32,000 bases of DNA from Candidatus Methylomirabilis limnetica (GTDB lineage Bacteria > Methylomirabilota > Methylomirabilia > Methylomirabilales > Methylomirabilaceae). Below the pieces are notes generated by a model. It saw only the letters and a program-made list of their open reading frames with translations. It had not been told where the DNA came from and did not search any database. Of the stretch, positions 1-6,303 are shown one piece after another; within the stretch, counting starts at the first letter, position 1; every line of letters begins with the position of its first letter. A program made the position numbers and the translations under genes. Location: the NCBI RefSeq assembly GCF_003044035.1, contig NZ_NVQC01000020.1, positions 1-32,000 of the forward strand, given 5' to 3'.

Positions 1-163
1 GCTTGCAGGTGACGGCGACGTTCTGCTTGAAGACGCCAGAGGCGGGATCGGCAGCTCGTCGGATCTCGTGAGCGCCATGGCAATCGGTGCAGGTTGCGGC
101 AGTGAGATTGCCTTTCTGTAGGATGGCCAAACAGGAGACAGGACAGGGGGCGGTGCGAAGCAT
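1..163 (-). CDS. multihaem c-type cytochrome fragment (3' part runs off the window start; native 5' part apparently missing)
   Basis: The minus-strand frame from ATG 163..161 reads MLRTAPCPVSCLAILQKGNLTAATCTDCHGAHEIRRAADPASGVFKQNVAVTCK... CTDCH is a CXXCH haem-c motif in the context typical of paired-CXXCH multihaem cytochromes. The frame is open to position 1, so it is absent from the ORF track. Confidence 0.4.
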   Translation of the reverse strand, partial: MLRTAPCPVSCLAILQKGNLTAATCTDCHGAHEIRRAADPASGVFKQNVAVTCK

Positions 164-581
164 CGCGAATCAGGTATTTGATGTTTTCCCCTACAGCGCC
201 ACGGTAACCCAGGTAATGATATTGTGACAAGAGGCAGTTGAACAGCGCATAATCCTCCGATTTGAGGCTTACAACCGTGATCCGAAGGGGAATCAATGCC
301 TTGAGACTGTCGCTGATCCCTTCCTTTCGATATGGAACAGATGGATAAGAAGGACGGGACGTAAAAGTAAGTTTCCCCTGGCGGGGAGGCAACACAATAG
401 AGCCAGCTCGCTCCAGTTTCAGCAGGAGGCTGCGGCAGGCCATGTCTTTGTATTGCCCTGTGGGACTTTGCCAGTTCCACAACCTGCAAATCTCCAAAGA
501 GAGGCGGGTGCGGTGCCAGTCGGGGTTGGCAGTAAGCAGCTGTCGGATTTGCTGGACATTTACGGTCATGGATTGTTCCAT
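126..581 (-). pseudogene. DUF4338-family protein, N-terminal ~150 aa only (truncated or fused)
   Basis: Minus-strand translation from ATG 581..579 gives MEQSMTVNVQQIRQLLTANPDWHRTRLSLEICRLWNWQSPTGQYKDMACRSLLLKLERAGSIVLPP...ALFNCLLSQYHYLGYRGAVGENIKYLIRDASHRPLSCLLFG. This matches my memory of the DUF4338 N-terminal half. Family-like sequence stops at ~126, and the frame then runs on as arginine-rich nonsense. Confidence 0.6.
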
Positions 582-1103
582 GCCGTGGAATATCACATAA
601 AAAAACGCGTGAGTCCAGCAAAAATGAAGGGGTTCATGAAACTTTTTTAAGGGGTATTCCGTCAGGAAGAAATCACACCTGTTTTATTACTCCATGCTCA
701 GTAGCGGCAAATTATGTGCCGAACAGTATTGGGACAGACACTATTATCGTGACGATTCGTGGTGTGTGCGGTCATGATCGTGCCTGTTACGGATTACCCA
801 AACCGTTGCACCAAGTCACCCGTATCATGTGAGGCAACGAGGGAATGATCGCCAGACGGTCTTTCGGAACGACAGCGATTCGAAGGCACACGATGATAGA
901 GCGGCCACTGCGAAGAGACGGGATCATCTGGGAGGTGCGAAGGAAACTGGACGAGTAATACACGTGTTGCAGAGGGGAAGACCAAGAAGGGAAGTCAATA
1001 AAGGAGTGTCTGTCCCTATTTACCTATTTCTCGGGTGCTCGCAATGACGCGAGGAATCGAGTAGTTGCGAAGTCTATCGCTGTTCTTGGGACGGCCTGCA
1101 TCC

Positions 1104-1132
1104 TTGACAGGAATGAGGTTGGTTACTATGTT
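1104..1132 (+). promoter_or_regulatory. sigma70-like promoter (TTGACA-17 nt-TATGTT)
   Basis: TTGACA lies at 1104..1109, followed by an exact 17-nt spacer and TATGTT at 1127..1132. It sits ~200 nt upstream of the CBS gene start. Confidence 0.35.
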
Positions 1133-1246
1133 TATCGTGAAGGCGGCAATGTGTAAGCGTGCCCCATGGAGAGGAGGTGGGTCCGTGGGGGCGGTGTGGA
1201 AGTAGAAATGTCTGAGCGGTCGAATTCGCAAGAGGTCGAGGTGAGT

Positions 1247-1295
1247 GTACAGCCCTTTAGGTCCTGCCGCCTGCCTAGGGGGCTGTACTATTTTT
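1247..1295 (+). terminator. intrinsic terminator / attenuator hairpin in the leader of the CBS gene
   Basis: A 15-bp stem pairs GTACAGCCCTTTAGG (1247..1261) with CCTAGGGGGCTGTAC (1274..1288), including two G-U pairs. The loop is 12 nt, and TATTTTT follows. The hairpin lies 45 nt upstream of the ATG at 1340. Confidence 0.6.
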
Positions 1296-1339
1296 GAGAA
1301 GGGATGGTCGAAAGGAGCAGCTGGAAGGAGGGATGTAAG

Positions 1340-1804
1340 ATGAAGGTGCGAGACGGCATGGTGACCAAGTTGGTGACGGCTTCACCGCGGGAGACCGCTG
1401 CCGAGGTGGCGCGCAAGATGCGCGACTACAAGGTGGGGTGCGTTCTGGTCTCCAACGAGGGCAAGCTTCTCGGCCTCATTACCGACCGAGAGATCGCCCT
1501 CAGGTGTGTCGCCGAAGCGCGGAACCCGCAGACTACACGGGTTGAGGAGATCATGACCCGCAACCCCTTCACGATCACTCCCGATTTCGAGATGGCTGAG
1601 GCCGCGCGGCTCTTTGGCCAGCGCAAAGTCAGGCGCTTCCCTGTTGTCGAGGATGGCCAGAAGCTGCTTGGTATCCTCTCCGTCGCCGATGTGGCCCCCG
1701 ACTTTAAGGCGTACTTTGACGGGATCTTCCACGAGCTCGTCGAATGGCGCCATGTGGCAAAGGGCCGGTTAGATGGATGGGAGGGCGCCTCGTGGGTCCG
1801 CTAG
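1340..1804 (+). CDS. CBS-pair domain protein
   Basis: GGAGG lies 8 nt upstream of ATG 1340. The sequence MKVRDGMVTKLVTASPRETAAEVARKMRDYKVGCVLV...GLITDREI...VRRFPVVEDGQKLLGILSVADV shows two tandem CBS motifs. The track start at 1304 has no RBS. Confidence 0.85.
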   Translation: MKVRDGMVTKLVTASPRETAAEVARKMRDYKVGCVLVSNEGKLLGLITDREIALRCVAEARNPQTTRVEEIMTRNPFTITPDFEMAEAARLFGQRKVRRFPVVEDGQKLLGILSVADVAPDFKAYFDGIFHELVEWRHVAKGRLDGWEGASWVR

Positions 1805-1874
1805 GAGATCTTAGGCAAAACCGAGATACCCATCGTGGGGGGGTGTTACTGGCCCCAAGGGGTCGGGAAAGACG

Positions 1875-1926
1875 GCTATCAGCTATAAGCTGTCAGCTAA
1901 GCTTGTTGCTGATAGCTGCTTTTTTA
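1875..1926. terminator. hairpin between convergent genes (probable bidirectional terminator)
   Basis: GCTATCAGC (1875..1883) pairs with GCTGATAGC (1908..1916), with an inner AAGC/GCTT stem. TGCTTTTTT follows on the plus strand. Confidence 0.5.
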
Positions 1927-2469
1927 GAGGAGCCCAAGATTACACTGGGCGTCCTGCTCCAGGAGCCGCCGCATGGTAGCGAAATCCTGCGGGGGCAACA
2001 CTTCGGGCAAGTGGTGGAGGCAGAGAGGGCTTCGGTCGGCCACGACCTTGCCCTCAATGACGTCAGCCAGGTAAAAGAGGTGAGCCCCAGTATCGAGGAC
2101 TGTTCTGACCTCGCACTCCAGGTAGCCGACAGTCCCTAGCAGGAGTGGGCTGCCGGTCACCCCGCGCTCAAAGGGGACGGTCGCAAACTTATCCATATCT
2201 CGGCCGGACCGAAAACCGAAGTGGGCCACCAACGGCCATTGATCCTTCCCGAGGAGGTTCAACGCAAACCTTCGGCTGACCTCGATAATCTCACGGGTAA
2301 AGGTCGTCCTGCCAATCCCGACCAGAATGCGGGGGACCTTCGTGACGATCGTCGTCGGTACCACCCAGCACACAATCTGGCCACTACATCGGTCCTGATG
2401 GGCGGCGGTAAGGACAAAGATCTCAAAATCCAGCTTACCGAGTACCGCCGCAACACTGTTTTCGTCCAT
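1924..2469 (-). CDS. flavin reductase-like FMN-binding (split-barrel) domain protein
   Basis: AGGAGGTG RBS precedes ATG 2469. The sequence ...FVLTAAHQDRCSGQIVCWVVPTT...FALNLLGKDQ...GSPLLLGTVGYLECEV resembles the HpaC/flavin reductase family. The longer track start at 2556 has no RBS. Confidence 0.85.
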   Translation of the reverse strand: MDENSVAAVLGKLDFEIFVLTAAHQDRCSGQIVCWVVPTTIVTKVPRILVGIGRTTFTREIIEVSRRFALNLLGKDQWPLVAHFGFRSGRDMDKFATVPFERGVTGSPLLLGTVGYLECEVRTVLDTGAHLFYLADVIEGKVVADRSPLCLHHLPEVLPPQDFATMRRLLEQDAQCNLGLL

Positions 2470-2558
2470 GGGCACCTCCTTGCTCGAAGGCAGGAAACTA
2501 GCTAACTCTAGCACGCACCCTGTCAAGGGCCAAGCCTGAGCCCAACAATGGCTCACAC

Positions 2559-2615
2559 AGTAGGGGGGCTTTATGCCCTCCCGATCAACGGGCGGGGATC
2601 AACCCCGCCCCTACG
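2559..2615. repeat. GC-rich REP-like palindrome
   Basis: GGGCGGGG (2590..2597) pairs with CCCCGCCC (2603..2610), nested inside GTAGGGG...CCCCTAC. A related GC-rich palindrome, GGGGCGCCCC, lies at 26580..26589. Confidence 0.3.
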
Positions 2616-2794
2616 AAGATGTCATGACAGGCCAATGAACGGGTTGCGCTGTTAGTCGCTATTCTGGTCATCGTGTCGCACTTTACAAGTCGCAGCGTCC
2701 ATGATAGCCTAAGCGCAGTCGCTCTACATCACGTGTCGGCATAACCCTTGCTTCTGCTTCTGGGTGAAACTCAAGATCGTAAGGGAAGGGAAAC

Positions 2795-3067
2795 ATGCCC
2801 GTGAGAGCACTGGGCCATCACAAGACCATCACAAAGTTCGTCCTGATAGCTGTTCTCGCCGTGGGCTTATGCATGACCCCCTGCGGTATGGCCGCACACC
2901 ACGGATCGACGAGTGCCCCCTCCATGCTTTGCACCGTTGATCTCGCCAAGGTCTTCCAGCTTGTGATCGTGATGAATGTGCTTCTCTTTGCCCTTTCAGC
3001 GTTGATCGTTGTTCCCCAGGCCCCCGCTTTTTCTCTCCTTAAACCCCCTCGGTTCGCCTTTTTCTAA
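2795..3067 (+). CDS. small hypothetical membrane protein (His/Cys-containing) at the head of the efflux module
   Basis: The 90-aa ORF has a weak GGGAAGGGAA RBS. It has two hydrophobic segments, an AAHHGS motif and the C-terminal sequence LLKPPRFAFF. I recognise no family for it. Confidence 0.45.
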   Translation: MPVRALGHHKTITKFVLIAVLAVGLCMTPCGMAAHHGSTSAPSMLCTVDLAKVFQLVIVMNVLLFALSALIVVPQAPAFSLLKPPRFAFF

Positions 3068-3182
3068 CTGACGGCTCGCTGGACTCTCGCTTTAGCAATC
3101 AGGACGGCGCAGGAAGTTCCATGCCCCGAAAGATCGCTGTAGAAGGTTCTAGCGTAGTGTATCCAACGCTTCTTTACACATT

Positions 3183-3261
3183 CCGTTCGCCCTGAGCGTG
3201 TCGAAGGGTGAAGTATTTCAATGGGTTCCGTTCATGGATTCGACAAGCTCACCACGAACGG
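3183..3261. repeat. REP-like inverted repeat (family E, 'TTCGACA.GCTCA' type)
   Basis: CCGTTCGCCCTGAGCGTGTCGAA (3183..3205) pairs with TTCGACAAGCTCACCACGAACGG (3239..3261), with ~19 of 23 positions complementary. A shorter relative lies at 12601..12637. Confidence 0.5.
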
Positions 3262-3368
3262 ATTGTAAAGGGATTTGTGAGACACTACACTAGCCGTAAC
3301 TCCCAATTCGGATCAATCGGGATTGTAGGCCGAGCGGCAGGTTTGTACGTAAGAATGGAGAGGTGGAG

Positions 3369-4670
3369 ATGACCAGAGCCTTGAAAATCGGTGTTCTTAT
3401 CCTTGTTGCCGGCATTGCGAATGTTGGGCTGGGAGGAGCGGCGGTCGCAGAGGAGGAGATGCTCCGCCTTCAGCCACTCATCCAGGAGGCCCTCGCTGCG
3501 AATCCGGAGATCAGGGCTGAGGGGCAGAGATGGGATGCGGCGAGAGAACGGCCTCCGCAGGAAGGGTCGCTTGACGATCCGATGCTGGGCTTTGAGATCG
3601 AAAACCTCCCCACCCACTCTTTCAGCTTCACACGGGAAGATATGACGATGAAGAAGCTCAGCGTCTCTCAGGCGCTTCCCTTCTTCGGGAAGCTGGGCCT
3701 GCGAAGCGAGGTTGCCCAACGGGAGGCCAACGCGATCGGCCTGGCGTATCGGGATAAGCGAAACGAGATCGTGCGTCGGGTCAAAGAGGTCTTCTACGGA
3801 CTGTACGCCATCGACCACTCACTGGAGATCGTGGAGAAAAATCGTGAGCTACTGAGAGAATTCGTCACAATCACTGAGACGAAATACAGTGTCGGCAAGG
3901 GGATTCAGCAGGATGTCCTGAAGGCGCAGGTGGAACTGTCGAAATTGCTGGACGAGCAGATCCGGTTGGAACAGAGCCGTGAGGCTGCAGGCGCCAGGTT
4001 GAATGCAATCCTGAACCGTCCCTCCCAAACGCCACTTGGTCGGACTGGGGAGGTGTCGAAGGCCGAGTTGCCGATGGACCTCACGGAGCTCCAGACCAGA
4101 GCCCTGGAGAACCGGCCTTTGCTTAAGGGGCTTCAGGAGGAGATCGAGCGGAGTAAGGCGGCCAATGCGCTTGCCAGGAAGAGATACTTCCCGGATCTCA
4201 CGATGAGCCTGGGCTATGCTTTTCGCGAAGACTCTACCATCGCAAAGCATTCTGACTTCTTCTCAGCGGGGTTTTCAATCAACATCCCCCTCTACTTCAG
4301 GACCAAACAGGACCGGCAGGTCGCAGAGACATCGGCTTTGATCAATTCGGCCAAGGAGCAGTATCAGGCCACCAGAAACGAGGTGTTCTCGATGGTGAAG
4401 GAATTGGTGGCCGATATCGAGAAGGGACACAAGCTCATTGATCTGATCGAGACCGGCCTGATTCCACAGGCCCGACTCTCACTGGACTCTGCCGTTGCCG
4501 GCTATCAGGTGGGTAGGGTCGATTTTCTCACCCTTTTGGATAGCCGACTGACGCTCTTCAATTTCGAGAAAGAGTACTACCGGACGCTGGGAGAGCACCA
4601 GATAAGCCTGGCAAGGTTGGAGTGGGTCGTCGGCGCCCGGTTACATGAAGGAGAACCGAATGAGGAATAA
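3369..4670 (+). CDS. outer-membrane efflux protein (TolC/CusC/CzcC family)
   Basis: GGAGAGG RBS precedes ATG 3369. The protein has a signal-like N-terminus and two-repeat OEP architecture (...LQPLIQEALAANPEI...LDSRLTLFNFEKEYY...). It overlaps the next gene. Confidence 0.9.
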   Translation: MTRALKIGVLILVAGIANVGLGGAAVAEEEMLRLQPLIQEALAANPEIRAEGQRWDAARERPPQEGSLDDPMLGFEIENLPTHSFSFTREDMTMKKLSVSQALPFFGKLGLRSEVAQREANAIGLAYRDKRNEIVRRVKEVFYGLYAIDHSLEIVEKNRELLREFVTITETKYSVGKGIQQDVLKAQVELSKLLDEQIRLEQSREAAGARLNAILNRPSQTPLGRTGEVSKAELPMDLTELQTRALENRPLLKGLQEEIERSKAANALARKRYFPDLTMSLGYAFREDSTIAKHSDFFSAGFSINIPLYFRTKQDRQVAETSALINSAKEQYQATRNEVFSMVKELVADIEKGHKLIDLIETGLIPQARLSLDSAVAGYQVGRVDFLTLLDSRLTLFNFEKEYYRTLGEHQISLARLEWVVGARLHEGEPNEE

Positions 4671-5925
4671 CACGCATCAGGGCAAGTGGGTTATCGCCTG
4701 GGTTGTCCTGGTTGCTGCCTCCGCAGGGGTCTTCTTTGTGTGGTATGCCGGCGGCACGCGACTCAGGGAGCGCGGCGGCGGCCTACCACCCCCTCGCCAA
4801 CCGATGGCCCAGGCCCCGGCCAAGGGCGAGCACGTTGGACGCGAGGCGTTGCCGCCGCCGGCTGCATCCGAGATGCAGATGGCTCCCGGAGCGGTGATGG
4901 TCAGCTCGGAGCGACAGCAGTTGATCGGGCTGAAGACCGGCCTGGTCGAATACCGGTCGATTGAGCGGACGATTCGGACGGTCGGGGTGGTGGAGTTCGA
5001 CGAACGACGTCTCGCCGACGTCAACATCAAGATCGAGGGGTGGATCGAGAGCCTGCTTGTGAACTTTACCGGGGAGGCAGTTAAAAAGGGTCAGCCGCTC
5101 CTCACCATTTACAGTCCGGATCTGGTCTCGACCCAGGAGGAGCACCTGCAGGCGTTGCGAGCGAGGGAGACGCTGGCCAAGAGCCGCTTCGCGGATATCG
5201 TCTCTGGGGCGGAGACGCTGGTGAATGCCTCGAGGCGGCGTCTGCAGTACTGGGACATCAGCGACGAGGATATCGCCACCCTTGAGCGAACAGGGACGCC
5301 ACGCAAGAGCTTGACGATTTACTCGCCAATCGATGGGGTTGTCATCGAAAAGATGGCTGTTCGCGGCAAGAAGGTGATGCCCGGTGAGAGCCTTTACAAG
5401 GTTGCCGACCTTTCCAACGTCTGGGTCCAGGGTGAGATTTACGAATACGAGGTTCCCGCGGTCAAGCTTGGCCAGGCGGCGAGCGTGACCCTAGCCTCTT
5501 ACCCCGGAGAGCTCTTTCGCGGCAAGGTGAGCTACATCTACCCGGTCCTGACGGAGAAAACCCGCACGGTGAAGGTCCGCTTCGAGTTCTCCAACACAAA
5601 AGACTGGAAACTCAAGCCTCAGATGTATGCCAACGTTGAGCTGAAGATCCCGTTTGGCAAGCGTCTCGTTGTGCCCGATGAGGCGCTCATGGACAGCGGG
5701 ACAAGACAGCTCGTCTTCATCGATAAGGGACAGGGGACCTTCGAGCCGAGGGACGTGAAGGTGGGCGCGCGTGTGGAGGGCTACGCCGAGATCCTGACTG
5801 GTCTTTCGGCCGGCGAGCGGGTAGTGACCTCCGCGAACTTCCTGATCGACTCCGAGAGCCAGCTCAAGGCTGCCGTCGGTGGGATGGGCGGCATGTCCGG
5901 CATGGAGATGGCCCCGAAGAAGTAG
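4660..5925 (+). CDS. RND efflux periplasmic adaptor (CusB-like membrane fusion protein)
   Basis: GAAGGAG RBS precedes ATG 4660, which overlaps the upstream stop. HlyD_D23-type sequence is present (LLTIYSPDLVSTQEE..., IYSPIDGVVIEK). The N-terminus (SEMQMAPGAVMV) and the tail (GGMGGMSGMEM) are Met-rich. Confidence 0.9.
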   Translation: MRNNTHQGKWVIAWVVLVAASAGVFFVWYAGGTRLRERGGGLPPPRQPMAQAPAKGEHVGREALPPPAASEMQMAPGAVMVSSERQQLIGLKTGLVEYRSIERTIRTVGVVEFDERRLADVNIKIEGWIESLLVNFTGEAVKKGQPLLTIYSPDLVSTQEEHLQALRARETLAKSRFADIVSGAETLVNASRRRLQYWDISDEDIATLERTGTPRKSLTIYSPIDGVVIEKMAVRGKKVMPGESLYKVADLSNVWVQGEIYEYEVPAVKLGQAASVTLASYPGELFRGKVSYIYPVLTEKTRTVKVRFEFSNTKDWKLKPQMYANVELKIPFGKRLVVPDEALMDSGTRQLVFIDKGQGTFEPRDVKVGARVEGYAEILTGLSAGERVVTSANFLIDSESQLKAAVGGMGGMSGMEMAPKK

Positions 5926-5954
5926 GGGCGCTGCTTGCTGCGCCCGGTGCAAGG

Positions 5955-6007
5955 TGCAAAACCCCCCTCAACCCCCCTTTGCAAAAGGGGGGGACGGGGG
6001 ATTTGGT
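5955..6007 (+). repeat. REP family A (palindrome CCCCCCTTTGCAAAAGGGGGG)
   Basis: The near-perfect palindrome core lies at 5972..5993. An inverted second copy is at 12330..12374, and both read as the PPFAKGG pseudo-peptide in the ORF track. Confidence 0.7.
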
Positions 6008-6018
6008 ACGATGTGTGG

Positions 6019-6303
6019 GGTGCGTTCGGCGTACCGCGTCCATTGCGTGCAACGTAACGCAACAAACGCAATCGACACAAATGAACTACCCCGCGGCAAG
6101 CTACGGGGTATCGTATTCTGTTCTGGCCCGTCATTCCGTGCTTGACGAGCCTGCCCCGTACTGGATACGTGGGAATCCAGTCGGGCCCTCTGGATACCGG
6201 CTTCCGCCGGTATGACGAACTCGCGGCAAGCCGCGGGGTATCAACCCTCAAGGGAATGAACGCAACAAACGCAATAACGCGATAGACGCAAGGGACGCAA
6301 CTG
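6019..6303 (+). repeat. repeat family D ('AACGCAA' heptad-rich element), split by the family B insertion
   Basis: The segments 6019..6078 (TGCGTTCGGCGTACCGCGTCCATTGCGTGCAACGTAACGCAACAAACGCAAT...) and 6262..6303 resemble 25607..25690. AACGCAACAAACGCAAT occurs on both sides of the inserted element. Confidence 0.55.
6079..6261 (-). mobile_element. MITE-like element, family B, copy 1 (~183 bp)
   Basis: By eye it is roughly 90% identical to the reverse complement of 17540..17714. It contains the hairpin ATACCGGC-TTCC-GCCGGTAT, and both ends carry AATGAAC. It has no coding capacity. Confidence 0.7.

Noticed and set aside
453-650. 65-aa plus-strand ORF
   Set aside because: It is antisense to the much better supported DUF4338-like reading frame. 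It has no RBS and its composition is implausible.
794-1231. Three overlapping 63-72 aa ORFs (794-985 minus, 829-1047 plus, 1016-1231 minus)
   Set aside because: The translations are Arg/Ser-rich with no recognisable motifs and no RBS. The ORFs overlap one another, so the region is treated as non-coding.
760-1240. Group II intron remnant (a GTGCG-like start at ~766, purine-rich domain-I-like stretches)
   Set aside because: There is no domain V consensus hairpin (AGC triad with GAAA-type loop), no domain VI bulged A and no reverse transcriptase ORF.
840-1295. Assignment to a known riboswitch class (cobalamin via GCCACTG/GGGAA; ZTP via GGGTCCGTGGGGGCGG...CCGCCTGCC; c-di-AMP ydaO via GTAAGCGT)
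   Set aside because: Only isolated short matches were found. The surrounding conserved cores (B12 box, ZTP GGGUCGUGACUGGCG with CCGCCUGGGC, the ydaO pseudo-twofold core) are not reproduced. The region is reported only as an unclassified leader.
6019-6303. Possible CRISPR-like array because of recurring AACGCAA/ACGCAAT units
   Set aside because: The units are 7-17 bp, irregular and lack constant-length spacers. The same element recurs at 25607-25690, so it is a dispersed repeat and not a CRISPR array.
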